Source: an uncultured Muribaculaceae bacterium (GTDB lineage: Bacteria; Bacteroidota; Bacteroidia; Bacteroidales; UBA932). From it: a DNA stretch of 64,000 bases. The DNA lies in NCBI GenBank assembly GCA_964640305.1, contig CAZXFF010000003.1, positions 5,572-69,571 of the forward strand, read 5' to 3'. This document shows, one piece after another, positions 45,894 through 55,202 of the stretch. Within the stretch, counting starts at the first letter, position 1; each line of letters starts with the position of its first letter. Both the position numbers and the translations under genes were made by a program. The notes under the pieces are model-generated. The model was given only the letters and a program-made list of their open reading frames with translations, was not told where the DNA came from and did no database searches.

Positions 45894-47114
45894 TTACCTA
45901 AGCATCTTCAAAATCCTGTGCAAGGCAGGAATAAAGGCCTCACACTCTTCCATTGTATTGTATGGTGCCAGGGAAATCCTGACAACTCCGGTCTGACCGA
46001 ATTTGTTTATCAGCGGCTCCGAACAAAGCAGTCCGGAACGAAGCGCAAATCCCATCTTTCCCAACAGTGTTGCTATGTCGCTGTGATGTGCACCTTCTAC
46101 CGTAAATGATATTACCGGTGCCTTCGGTGCTGCGGTACCGTATATCCTAAGTCCTTCTATATTTTGCAATTCATACATAAGATAATCAATCATTTTCTGT
46201 TCATTTTCATGTACTTGATCATTTCTTATTGAATTTACAAATTCGATAGCTGGAGCTAAACTTGCTGCAGCTATGAAGTTAGGAGTTCCAGCTTCAAATT
46301 TCAAGGGAGATTCAGCATAGGTGGTTGACTGATAAGTTACAGTATCAACCATTTCTCCTCCTCCGAACACCGGAGGCATTTTATCCATTAGCTCTTTACG
46401 TCCATAAAGGATACCGGATCCTGTCAGGGCATATAGTTTGTGTCCTGAGAATGAATAGAAATCACACTGCAACTGCTTTACATCGACTTTCTGGTGAACG
46501 ATTCCCTGAGCTCCGTCCAAATGGACAAGAGCACCATAGCGGTGTGCTGTTTCTGCCAGACGGCGAACCGGATTTACTATCCCAAGTACATTGGAAATAT
46601 GGGCGGCGGAGACTATCCTGACCTTTCCTTCCGACAGTATCCTTTCTGCTTCTTCCATATTCCAGCTGCCGTCAGGATTTATGGGAAAATACCTTACCAC
46701 TGCATCCTTTCTTGCCGCTGCCATCTGCCAAGGCACAATATTGGAATGATGCTCACCTTCAGAAAGCAGTATCACATCACCGCTCTTCAGGAGAAGCTCC
46801 CCCAGAGACATTGCAAGGAGATTAATAGAGGCCGTTGTGCCTGAGGTAAGAACAGTCTCGCAGCGCTCTTCTGCACCGAGAAGGTTTCTTGCGGCCTCCC
46901 TGCCGGCTTCGTACCGGAGAGTGGACATCTCGGCAAGTCCGTAAACAGCCCTATGTACATTCGCATTTGCTTCTACCATCGAATCTTTTACGAAATCTAT
47001 AACTGCTTCCGGTTTCTGGGATGTTGCAGCGCTGTCAAAATAAACAACAGGCTTTCCTCCTGATGCTCTCAGGAAAGGAAAACAAGACCTTATCTGTTCA
47101 ATATATTTGTCCAT
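45894..47114 (-). CDS. sufS: Cysteine desulfurase, SufS type (class V aminotransferase)
   Basis: ATG at 47114 (MDKYIEQIRSCFPFL). PLP-lysine motif SGHK and an active-site Cys region (RSGLLCSEP). Confidence 0.88.
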   Translation of the reverse strand: MDKYIEQIRSCFPFLRASGGKPVVYFDSAATSQKPEAVIDFVKDSMVEANANVHRAVYGLAEMSTLRYEAGREAARNLLGAEERCETVLTSGTTASINLLAMSLGELLLKSGDVILLSEGEHHSNIVPWQMAAARKDAVVRYFPINPDGSWNMEEAERILSEGKVRIVSAAHISNVLGIVNPVRRLAETAHRYGALVHLDGAQGIVHQKVDVKQLQCDFYSFSGHKLYALTGSGILYGRKELMDKMPPVFGGGEMVDTVTYQSTTYAESPLKFEAGTPNFIAAASLAPAIEFVNSIRNDQVHENEQKMIDYLMYELQNIEGLRIYGTAAPKAPVISFTVEGAHHSDIATLLGKMGFALRSGLLCSEPLINKFGQTGVVRISLAPYNTMEECEAFIPALHRILKMLR

Positions 47115-47132
47115 ACCCAAAGTTATAATCGG

Positions 47133-47140
47133 CAAAAGTA
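47133..47140 (-). promoter_or_regulatory. -7 box TACTTTTG for sufS
   Basis: Perfect TAnnTTTG on the minus strand, 18 nt upstream of the ATG at 47114. Confidence 0.55.
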
Positions 47141-47142
47141 AC

Positions 47143-47150
47143 TATTTTTG
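47143..47150 (+). promoter_or_regulatory. -7 box TATTTTTG for ruvA
   Basis: Perfect TAnnTTTG 14 nt upstream of the ATG at 47165. Confidence 0.55.
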
Positions 47151-47164
47151 CAGAAAAATGTTTT

Positions 47165-47749
47165 ATGTACGATTTTATAAAAGGAAATATTGAAGAAATT
47201 AATCCGGCAGAAGCTGTCCTGGATTGTCATGATATAGGTTTCAAACTGCAGATCTCCCTTTACACCTATGAGAAAATACATATGCAGAAATCATGCAAAC
47301 TTTATGTATATCAGCACTTAAGGGAAGATGAGGCGACTCTATACGGCTTTTACGACAAAGAAGAGAGGAGAATTTTCACAATGCTGATATCCGTATCAGG
47401 GATAGGTCCCAACACTGCAAGGATGATGCTCTCTTCACTCTCTCCGGATGAGGTTTCCACCGCTATCATTTCAGGAGACGTCAGCAGAATCAAGGCTGTA
47501 AAAGGCATAGGGCTCAAAACCGCGCAGAAAGTAATCATAGAACTTAAAGACAAGATTTCGAAAGGCGTTACCGGTTCCATGGATTTTGCTGCCGGTCCGG
47601 CAAATGCAAGCTCAGCAGAAGCTTGTTCTGCACTTATAATGCTCGGATTTACAAAATCGGCAGTCGAAAAGGCCGTTGGCGACATAGTCAGAAAAGAGCC
47701 TGCTCTCAGTCTTGAAGATATTATCAAGAAAGCATTAAAAGTATTGTGA
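47165..47749 (+). CDS. ruvA: Holliday junction branch migration complex subunit RuvA
   Basis: 194 aa, starts MYDFIKG, with LYGF and two HhH motifs (VSGIGPNTARMML, VKGIGLKTAQKVI). Confidence 0.92.
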   Translation: MYDFIKGNIEEINPAEAVLDCHDIGFKLQISLYTYEKIHMQKSCKLYVYQHLREDEATLYGFYDKEERRIFTMLISVSGIGPNTARMMLSSLSPDEVSTAIISGDVSRIKAVKGIGLKTAQKVIIELKDKISKGVTGSMDFAAGPANASSAEACSALIMLGFTKSAVEKAVGDIVRKEPALSLEDIIKKALKVL

Positions 47750-47767
47750 CACTACAATTTTTTTTAA

Positions 47768-47775
47768 TACATTTG
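47768..47775 (+). promoter_or_regulatory. -7 box TACATTTG for gcvH
   Basis: Perfect TAnnTTTG 29 nt upstream of the ATG at 47805. Confidence 0.55.
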
Positions 47776-47804
47776 CGCCAAAACCAAATCAATACTGTAA
47801 TATT

Positions 47805-48179
47805 ATGAATATACCTGCAAATTTAAAGTACACTAAAGACCACGAATGGGTCAAAATCGATGGTGACATAGCTGTTGTCGGAATTACAGATTATGCTCAG
47901 GATCAGCTTGGTGATATCGTTTTCGTTGACATCCAGACAGAAGGGGAAACTCTCGAAAAAGAAGAAATTTTCGGTGCTATCGAAGCAGTGAAAACTGTTG
48001 CCGATGCTTTCATGCCTCTTTCTGGTGAAGTCATAGAAGTCAACACTGCATTGGAAGATGCACCTCAGACTGTCAACTCAGATCCTTACGGAGAAGGCTG
48101 GATGATCAAGATAAAATTGACTGACCCTTCACAGGTTGCCGACCTCCTCGATGCAGAAGCCTACAAAGCTCTCCTGTAA
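47805..48179 (+). CDS. gcvH: Glycine cleavage system H protein
   Basis: 124 aa with YTKDHEWV, the lipoyl-lysine motif (EAVKTVAD) and SGEVIEVN. Confidence 0.92.
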   Translation: MNIPANLKYTKDHEWVKIDGDIAVVGITDYAQDQLGDIVFVDIQTEGETLEKEEIFGAIEAVKTVADAFMPLSGEVIEVNTALEDAPQTVNSDPYGEGWMIKIKLTDPSQVADLLDAEAYKALL

Positions 48180-48213
48180 TCCTGAGAAACCGTCTTCAGG
48201 GAGAAAATCAGAA

Positions 48214-48241
48214 AAGAGACCATTGCCGGTCTCTTTTTTTT
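48214..48241 (+). terminator. Rho-independent terminator of gcvH
   Basis: Stem AGAGACC (48215-48221) / GGTCTCT (48228-48234) with a 6-nt loop, followed by a T-run to 48241. Confidence 0.75.
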
Positions 48242-48265
48242 ATACAATCTATTGAATATTTTTCT

Positions 48266-48273
48266 TATCTTTG
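48266..48273 (+). promoter_or_regulatory. -7 box TATCTTTG for the acyl-CoA ligase gene
   Basis: Perfect TAnnTTTG 47 nt upstream of the ATG at 48321. Confidence 0.45.
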
Positions 48274-48320
48274 AAGAGACAAGCCCCTTCTATTCACTTC
48301 TTTGACTAAAAATCACAGCT

Positions 48321-50099
48321 ATGATTGAACAAGTACCACGCACATTTGACCTTCTTGAAAACCTTAAAAGGAACTTCCCTTACAAAAAAGACATTCTTTC
48401 AAGAAAGACCGGAAACGATTGGATAAAATACAGTGTAGACGATTACATCGAATACTCCCATTTGTTTGCCTATGCAATGGCCAAACTTGGATATGGTACT
48501 GGCGATAAAATCATTACTGTCTGCAACAACAGACCGGAATGGAATTTCATCGACATGGGAGCCAACATGGCAGGAATGGTTCATGTTCCTGTTTTTCCGA
48601 CACTCAGTAATGATGATTTCCTGTATATTTTCAATCATAGTGACGCAAAGGTAATAGCTCTGGGAACCAAAAGCCAATACAAAGCCATTGAACCTATTGT
48701 TGGGAAAATGGACAAACCGGCCCGGATAATCCTGATGGATGACTCCGACGACGTAGAATGCATGAGGGATATGTATGATCTGGCAAAAAAACACAGAGAA
48801 GAAATGGAGCCGGTAATAGCCATGCGTAAAAATTCAATAAAAACCGGAGATATCGCATCGATTATATATACATCGGGGACTACCGGCAGGCCTAAGGGTG
48901 TAATGCTTTCACACGAAAACCTGATGTTCAATGCATACGGACATGCTAAACGTCAGAATCTCGGCCCCAAGCACAAGATGCTCAGTTTCCTCCCTCTATG
49001 CCATGTCTATGAAAGAAGCATGAACTATGAATACCAGTATGTAGGAATAAGCATCTACTACGCAGAAAGTCTTGGTACAATTGCCAGAGACCTTGAAGAC
49101 TGCCACGCAGACGGTTTCTGTGCTGTTCCACGCGTCCTGGAAATGATGTATTCCAAACTTGAAGCTGCCGGAAAAAATCTTAACGGAATAAAAAAGGCCA
49201 TATACTTCAAGGCATGGGATTTCGGGAACAATTACGACAATGCCCATAAAGGAAAACTCTACAACTTGAAAAGGGAGATATACGACAGACTGGTATACAG
49301 CAAGTGGCGCGAAAAGCTAGGAGGGAACGAAATGCTCGTGGTTTCCGGAGGATCTTCAATACAGGCCAAGATAGTCAGACTGTTCAATGCTGCAAAACTG
49401 CATATCTTCGAGGGTTATGGGATGACAGAAACATCACCTGTCATAGCGGTTAACAGCCCGGCTGACGGTTATAACGTAATCGGAACTGTAGGCAAAGCCC
49501 TTGAAGGTACAGAACTCAGGATTGCAGATGACGGAGAAATACTCACCCGCGGCCCACACGTTATGGTAGGATATTACAAAAACCCCGAAGCAACTGCTGA
49601 AGTGATTGATTCTGAGGGATTTATGCACACAGGAGACATAGGGAAACTAATTGACGGGAAATACTTGAAAATAACTGACAGAAAAAAGGAAATATTCAAA
49701 CTTTCTTTAGGGAAATATATAGCTCCACAAGTTATAGAGAACATGCTAAGGGAATCCCCTTATATAGAGAACTGCATAGTAATAGGTGAAAACCAGAAAT
49801 TTGCATCTGCCATAATTGTACCTAATATAGAAAGACTTCATTTCTGGGCAGCAAAACACAATATCACTTTTGAAAACAACACACAGCTGATTGCAGACCC
49901 CAAGATAATTGCGAAACTCCATGCTGAAGTAGAAAATGTAAATGCTTCCCTAGCACACCATGAAAGAATCAAAAGGGAAAGAATTGTATACGATGAATGG
50001 ACTACAGCAAATGGTTTGCTCTCTCAGACCCAAAAATTGAAAAGATCAGCAATACATTCAAAATATAGTGAAATAATAAAAGAAATATACAAACAATAG
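48321..50099 (+). CDS. Long-chain fatty acid--CoA ligase (AMP-forming, FadD-like)
   Basis: 592 aa with the AMP-binding motif YTSGTTGRPKGV, plus GYGMTE and TGDIG...DRKK. Confidence 0.85.
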   Translation: MIEQVPRTFDLLENLKRNFPYKKDILSRKTGNDWIKYSVDDYIEYSHLFAYAMAKLGYGTGDKIITVCNNRPEWNFIDMGANMAGMVHVPVFPTLSNDDFLYIFNHSDAKVIALGTKSQYKAIEPIVGKMDKPARIILMDDSDDVECMRDMYDLAKKHREEMEPVIAMRKNSIKTGDIASIIYTSGTTGRPKGVMLSHENLMFNAYGHAKRQNLGPKHKMLSFLPLCHVYERSMNYEYQYVGISIYYAESLGTIARDLEDCHADGFCAVPRVLEMMYSKLEAAGKNLNGIKKAIYFKAWDFGNNYDNAHKGKLYNLKREIYDRLVYSKWREKLGGNEMLVVSGGSSIQAKIVRLFNAAKLHIFEGYGMTETSPVIAVNSPADGYNVIGTVGKALEGTELRIADDGEILTRGPHVMVGYYKNPEATAEVIDSEGFMHTGDIGKLIDGKYLKITDRKKEIFKLSLGKYIAPQVIENMLRESPYIENCIVIGENQKFASAIIVPNIERLHFWAAKHNITFENNTQLIADPKIIAKLHAEVENVNASLAHHERIKRERIVYDEWTTANGLLSQTQKLKRSAIHSKYSEIIKEIYKQ

Positions 50100-50103
50100 A
50101 CCT

Positions 50104-50904
50104 ATGGTGGAATTCCGGTTATCAACAGAGTCCGATTATGATAGTCTGAGAGAGTTGTGGAAGATCTGCTTTGGATCTGACAGAGAATTCCTGTCTCTGT
50201 ATTTTTCTGAAGGTATACATTTGACCAGGACATACGTAATTGCAGAAGAAAACGAAATTCACACAGCACTTTCCCTTTTCAATCTGAAACTGAATGGTAT
50301 GAGCGGAAGATATGTTTACGGTGTCTGTACCCACCCGTCACAAAGAGGCAAACATTATGCCGTCCAACTTCTTCAACATGCAGAAAGCAAAGAGTCTGAT
50401 GCTGTTTTTTTCATTACAAGACCTGCATCTCCCACCCTATTTGAATACTACGATAAAGCCGGGTACACTTTCCTCATAAGTCGTTCCGAAACCATTATAG
50501 AACCAAGTGAGAATCCCCTACCTGTAATCCCGAAAGAAATTGACGGTCTTGAACTATATTCACTGAGAAGCAATTTTTTGACTGCAAATTATTTTTCCTG
50601 GGGACTAAAAGAATGCCAATACATCATAGACTACATTAAATATTGCAAAGGCTGCTGTCTATCATTTGGAAGCAACCGCTATCTTATAGGATACCCTGAA
50701 GACAGAACGTTTCTTATACTGGAGTCCAATATTGACACAAAGACAATAGCCGCTTTTGTAAAAACATTCTACAGTTCCTGCGAAAGAGCCATATTATATT
50801 CAAAAGCAAACAACAAAAACAGAAAACCATTCGCCTTACTGAAAACGACGAATAAAACATTATGCCCAAACAAAGACTTGCTGTTTAGTTTTTCGATGGA
50901 ATAA
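50104..50904 (+). CDS. GNAT-family N-acetyltransferase with an extra C-terminal domain
   Basis: 266 aa with the acetyl-CoA-binding motif (VCTHPSQRGKHYAVQLL). It begins 4 nt after the ligase stop. Confidence 0.6.
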   Translation: MVEFRLSTESDYDSLRELWKICFGSDREFLSLYFSEGIHLTRTYVIAEENEIHTALSLFNLKLNGMSGRYVYGVCTHPSQRGKHYAVQLLQHAESKESDAVFFITRPASPTLFEYYDKAGYTFLISRSETIIEPSENPLPVIPKEIDGLELYSLRSNFLTANYFSWGLKECQYIIDYIKYCKGCCLSFGSNRYLIGYPEDRTFLILESNIDTKTIAAFVKTFYSSCERAILYSKANNKNRKPFALLKTTNKTLCPNKDLLFSFSME

Positions 50905-50918
50905 TGTTCCACGTGGAA

Positions 50919-52895
50919 CTATCTCCCAAAATGTACCAACAAAACGGATATATCGGCGGGAGAAACTCCAGGTATACGGGATGCTTGAGCAATATTACGT
51001 GGTCGATATTTAGTAAGTTTGAGTCTGGCTTCCATAGAAATTGAAGATATTGACATAAAATCAAAATCAGGTGGGATAGTCAGCCTTTCTAATTGCTTGA
51101 TTTTATTACTTAGTGCGAGCTCCCTATCAAGATAGCCAGAGTATTTAAGAAAAATCTCAACAGAAGTAATTATATCTTCAGAAAGATTCGTATAAGTACA
51201 AGAAGTAGTAAGAGAATTATACGGCAAGGAGGAAAAAAGCAGGGAAACGTCATGATGCATCAAAGATACAGCCCGATTGAGAAATCTTGAGAGGACAGCA
51301 CGTTTTGTAGATGGAACAAACTGATATAAAGCAGAAAGTGTAAGTTGAGGTCTACTGGCCAACTCCGATAATGGCTTTATGTTATCAACAGGTGTAGTAC
51401 CGTTCTTTCGTAAAAAAGGATTAATGACATCTAGAGCTGGCTTTGTAGAAACTAGAGCGGAAGTCAATTTGGACTTTGCACGCAATTTTAATTCGAGAAG
51501 AGACTTTCGCTCATCTGATATTAAACCGATCTTATCGGCAAGCGGTGTTAACCTTTCGTCCGCATTGTCCTGTCTTAAAAGAATACGGTACTCAGCACGT
51601 GAGGTAAACATCCTGTATGGCTCATCGACTCCTTTAGTAACAAGATCATCGACAAGGACCCCTATGTATGAGGAATCTCGAGTAAGAATGAATTCATGTT
51701 CCCCGTGGAACCTTAATGCAGCATTTATGCCCGCATATAGCCCTTGTGCGGCAGCCTCTTCATATCCGGTGGTTCCGTTAACTTGACCAGCAAGAAAAAG
51801 ATTTTGAATGAATTTTGAACGTAAAGTGATATCCAACGCTGTCGGGTCAAAATAGTCATATTCGATCGCATAGGCTGGTCGCAAAATATGTGCCGATTCA
51901 AACCCAAGGATTTTTTCCAGAGCCTTGCGCTGGATCTCGTAAGGTAATGATGAAGAAAAACCCTGTAGATAATACTCATTGGTATTCCATCCTTCTGGCT
52001 CTAGGAAAAGTTGATGTGAGTCTTTGTCAGCAAAGGTCCTGAGTTTGTCCTCGATGCTGGGACAGTATCGAGGACCGATTCCTGTAATCTTGCCTGAGAA
52101 AAGAGGAGAAAGATGGAAGGCAGACTTAAGTATATCGTGCACCTGTGCATTCGTGTGCGCAATATAGCATGGTTTCTGAGGAAGTCCGGACTGAATAGAA
52201 GTTCTGTAATTCAGATAAGAAAATTTTGCAGGATTAGCATCACCTGGCTGTAAGGAAAGTCGGGAAAGGTCTACTGTACGTATATCGATTCTTGGTGGAG
52301 TCCCGGTCTTCATGCGACCTGTTGGAATACCCCGCTCTGCTAATTGGGATGTAAGATAATATGAAGGAGGTTCGGATATTCTGCCTCCTTCTGAAGTCTC
52401 TTGTCCGACATACATCCTGCCATTCAGGAATGTACCAGCCGTGAGGATGAAATAAGATGCTGAAAATTCAGCGCCGAGCGAGGTTCTGACAGATGTGATA
52501 GTATCTGCATCAAAGCTGATTGAAGAGACTGTATCCTGCCAAAGATACAAATTGACAGTATTTTCCAACAGATAACGCCAATTCATCGAGTAATGCATTC
52601 GATCACACTGCGCCCTTGGACTCCACATCGCAGGTCCCTTTGAACGGTTAAGCATCCTGAATTGGATAGTCGATGCATCAGTGACGATACCAGAAAACCC
52701 GCCTAAAGCATCTATCTCTCTGATTATCTGACCTTTAGCAATACCACCAATGGATGGATTACAGGACATTTGAGCAATTTTGTTCAGATCCATGGTTATC
52801 AGTAGAACCTGACAACCCAATCTTGCTGACGCAACAGCGGCTTCACAGCCAGCGTGGCCGGCTCCAATGACTATAATATCAAAATGGTGCAGCAT
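50919..52895 (-). CDS. mnmG: tRNA uridine 5-carboxymethylaminomethyl modification enzyme MnmG (GidA)
   Basis: 658 aa with the FAD motif IVIGAGHAGCEAA, plus MSCNPSIGGIAKG, GPRYCPSIEDK and QASRIPGVSPADISVLL. Confidence 0.93.
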   Translation of the reverse strand: MLHHFDIIVIGAGHAGCEAAVASARLGCQVLLITMDLNKIAQMSCNPSIGGIAKGQIIREIDALGGFSGIVTDASTIQFRMLNRSKGPAMWSPRAQCDRMHYSMNWRYLLENTVNLYLWQDTVSSISFDADTITSVRTSLGAEFSASYFILTAGTFLNGRMYVGQETSEGGRISEPPSYYLTSQLAERGIPTGRMKTGTPPRIDIRTVDLSRLSLQPGDANPAKFSYLNYRTSIQSGLPQKPCYIAHTNAQVHDILKSAFHLSPLFSGKITGIGPRYCPSIEDKLRTFADKDSHQLFLEPEGWNTNEYYLQGFSSSLPYEIQRKALEKILGFESAHILRPAYAIEYDYFDPTALDITLRSKFIQNLFLAGQVNGTTGYEEAAAQGLYAGINAALRFHGEHEFILTRDSSYIGVLVDDLVTKGVDEPYRMFTSRAEYRILLRQDNADERLTPLADKIGLISDERKSLLELKLRAKSKLTSALVSTKPALDVINPFLRKNGTTPVDNIKPLSELASRPQLTLSALYQFVPSTKRAVLSRFLNRAVSLMHHDVSLLFSSLPYNSLTTSCTYTNLSEDIITSVEIFLKYSGYLDRELALSNKIKQLERLTIPPDFDFMSISSISMEARLKLTKYRPRNIAQASRIPGVSPADISVLLVHFGR

Positions 52896-53371
52896 TACTT
52901 CGGTTGATAGTTTTGGTTGAAATTCAAAAGCTCTTCGGGGAGCAAAGATAATGCACTTTCCTCTGCTGCGGTCATCTGGAGTTTCAGTTCAGGTGTCACA
53001 TCGTCGAAACCAGTCAAATGGAGGATTCCATGAGCCATGACGCGGTAAAGCTCCAATGTGAAAGTGGAACCATATAGCTGAGCATTGGAATGGACAGAAT
53101 CTAAGCTTATAAAGATATCAGCAGAAACTTTCTGCGTGTTGCCATGAGATTGCGGAGTATATCCTGAGGTATCAAAGGTAATAATGTCGGTAAAATAATC
53201 GTGGTTCAGATACTGCCTGTTAACCTCAAGAACGTAGTTGTCGTCAGAAAAAATGTAATTAATATCTCCAATCTGGAAATTTGAGGTCAAAATGATTTCT
53301 TTTATCCAATTTTTAATTGCAATTTTGCGTTGTAAAACGAACGAAGCATCAACTGTTTCAAACCGAATCAT
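52895..53371 (-). CDS. ybeY: rRNA maturation endoribonuclease YbeY
   Basis: 158 aa with the zinc motif HGILHLTGFDD. Its stop overlaps the mnmG ATG (TAATG). Confidence 0.88.
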   Translation of the reverse strand: MIRFETVDASFVLQRKIAIKNWIKEIILTSNFQIGDINYIFSDDNYVLEVNRQYLNHDYFTDIITFDTSGYTPQSHGNTQKVSADIFISLDSVHSNAQLYGSTFTLELYRVMAHGILHLTGFDDVTPELKLQMTAAEESALSLLPEELLNFNQNYQPK

Positions 53372-53421
53372 GGTGCGGAATTTGTAAGTAATTTTTTGTA
53401 AAATTAATAATAATTACAACT

Positions 53422-54363
53422 ATGTCAAAAGTTAGTATCATCGGAGTAGGAAACGTTGGCGCCACATGCGCAAACGTACTCGCAGGCTGGAACATTGCTA
53501 AAGAAATTGTCATGCTTGACGTTAGGGAAGGTTTTGCAGAAGGCAAAGCTATTGATATTCAGCAGTCTGCAAAAATAATGGGTCTCACTTCCACTATCAA
53601 GGGGGTAACCAACGATTACAAGGCTACAGCCGGATCAGATGTTGTAGTGGTAACTTCAGGTATTCCCCGCAAACCCGGAATGTCCAGGGAAGACCTTATC
53701 GGAACGAATGCAAACATCGTTAAGGAAGTCGTTTCAAACGTTGTCAAGTATTCCCCTAATGCATTCATCATCATGGTTTCCAACCCTATGGATACTATGA
53801 CATACCTGGCATGGAAGACTTGCGGTATAAAGAAAAACCACCTCATCGGAATGGGAGGCGCACTTGACAGCAGCAGGTTCAACTACTATCTGAGCCAGGC
53901 ATTGAACGCTCCCGTATGCGATGTAGACGGTATGGTTATAGGCGCACACGGTGACGTGACAATGGTTCCCCTTATGAGCAGTGTACAGTATAAAGGCGGA
54001 AACGTTGAAAAAATACTTAACAAAGCCAAAAGAGAAAAGGTAATTGCAGACACAATGGTAGGCGGAGCAACCATTACAAAACTTATGGGAACCTCTGCAT
54101 TCTATGCTCCCGGAGCATGCGCTGCCAGCCTGGTTAAGGCCATTCTTCTTGACGAAAAGAGAATAATCCCCTGCAGCGTTCCCCAGAACGGAGAATACGG
54201 CGAAGAAGACATCTGCCTCGGTGTTCCTATCGTAATCGGCAAGAAAGGCGTTGAGAAAATCGTGAAGATCGCCATTACAGCTGAAGAAGAAAAGAGGTTC
54301 CACGAAGGAGCAGAAAAACAAAGAAACACTAACAAGATTCTCCACGAACTTGGTCTGATCTAA
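53422..54363 (+). CDS. mdh: Malate dehydrogenase (LDH-like type)
   Basis: 313 aa with the Rossmann motif IIGVGNVGAT, plus GIPRKPGMSREDL and a catalytic-His region (GAHGD). Confidence 0.9.
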   Translation: MSKVSIIGVGNVGATCANVLAGWNIAKEIVMLDVREGFAEGKAIDIQQSAKIMGLTSTIKGVTNDYKATAGSDVVVVTSGIPRKPGMSREDLIGTNANIVKEVVSNVVKYSPNAFIIMVSNPMDTMTYLAWKTCGIKKNHLIGMGGALDSSRFNYYLSQALNAPVCDVDGMVIGAHGDVTMVPLMSSVQYKGGNVEKILNKAKREKVIADTMVGGATITKLMGTSAFYAPGACAASLVKAILLDEKRIIPCSVPQNGEYGEEDICLGVPIVIGKKGVEKIVKIAITAEEEKRFHEGAEKQRNTNKILHELGLI

Positions 54364-54453
54364 AAGTTTTTAACAGTTTTTTCAACAAAATAGTTGCTAA
54401 TAGGAAAATTATAATTATTTTTACAACCTGAAAAAACTGAAACACGTAATATA

Positions 54454-55146
54454 ATGGAAGTAAAAAAATCAGAAAAAGCGAATCTTGAGAAGAACAAGCT
54501 GCTTTACAGAGAGATAGGACTCATAATCGCTCTGGGCATTGTTCTGACTGCTTTCGAGTGGAGCTCTACTGAAAAGGCAGAATCAATTATAGAGGAAGAA
54601 ACCCAAGCAGTAATCGAAGTAGAAACAATACCTATTACTACTGAAACCCCTCCTCCTCCGTCAGAAGCCCCGAAAGTTCCTCAATTGTCAGACGTAATTG
54701 ACATTGTTGAAGACGATATCGTGGTTGACACGGACCTGTTCATCAGTCTTGAAGACAACAGCGATCTTGGAGTCGAAATCATGGACTATGTTGCTGAAGT
54801 TTATGAAGAGACCATTGAAGAGGCACCTATACCCTACGACGTTGTAGAAGAAAGGCCTACATTCATGGGAGGTGACAGGAATACATTCACACAGTGGGTA
54901 CACAAGAACCTAATATACCCTGAAATAGCAAGGGAAAACGGTATATCAGGCCGTGTATTCATCCAGTTCACAATTGATACTGACGGAAGTGTTACCAACA
55001 TCAAAGTCATAAGGGGTGTTGACAACTCCCTCGACAAGGCAGCAATAGACGTGGTTTCAAAATCACCGAAATGGACTCCGGCAAAACAGCGTGACCGCGC
55101 TGTACGCGTAACACTTACCCTTCCTATTATATTCCAACTGAGGTAA
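54454..55146 (+). CDS. TonB-family energy transducer
   Basis: 230 aa with an N-terminal TM anchor, a Pro/Glu-rich linker (TETPPPPSEAPKVP) and a TonB C-terminal domain (GRVFIQFTIDTDGSVTNIKVIRGV). Confidence 0.8.
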   Translation: MEVKKSEKANLEKNKLLYREIGLIIALGIVLTAFEWSSTEKAESIIEEETQAVIEVETIPITTETPPPPSEAPKVPQLSDVIDIVEDDIVVDTDLFISLEDNSDLGVEIMDYVAEVYEETIEEAPIPYDVVEERPTFMGGDRNTFTQWVHKNLIYPEIARENGISGRVFIQFTIDTDGSVTNIKVIRGVDNSLDKAAIDVVSKSPKWTPAKQRDRAVRVTLTLPIIFQLR

Positions 55147-55165
55147 TTGATTAGGTTTGAATCAT

Positions 55166-55202
55166 GAGGCTGTCATTTGAACAAGTGTCAGCCTCTTTTT
55201 TT
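55166..55202 (+). terminator. Rho-independent terminator after the TonB-family gene
   Basis: Stem GAGGCTG (55166-55172) / CAGCCTC (55189-55195), followed by T7 (55196-55202). It lies inside the ORF-track N-terminal extension of hflX. Confidence 0.7.

Noticed and set aside
45252-46109. 285-aa ORF running antisense across the sufT, sufE and sufS genes.
   Set aside because: It spans three well-supported genes and their spacers on the other strand. This is a shadow ORF.
50906-50919. Perfect 14-nt palindrome GTTCCACGTGGAAC between the convergent GNAT and mnmG genes.
   Set aside because: It is too short to interpret (effectively a 5-bp stem with a 4-nt loop) and has no flanking T-runs. It could be a weak terminator or a chance palindrome.
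51180-51311. MnmG is about 30 aa longer than the ~625-630 aa I expect. A Ser/Leu-rich segment (STKRAVLSRFLNRAVSLMHHDVSLLFSSLPYNSLTTSCTYTNLS) sits in the C-terminal helical domain.
   Set aside because: The comparison is from memory of the E. coli sequence only. It is probably a lineage-specific linker, it is in frame, and I cannot evaluate it without an alignment.
55164-55202. ORF-track start of hflX at 55164.
   Set aside because: This stretch forms the hairpin and T7 terminator of the upstream TonB-family gene. ATG at 55203 or 55212 gives a normal HflX N-terminus.
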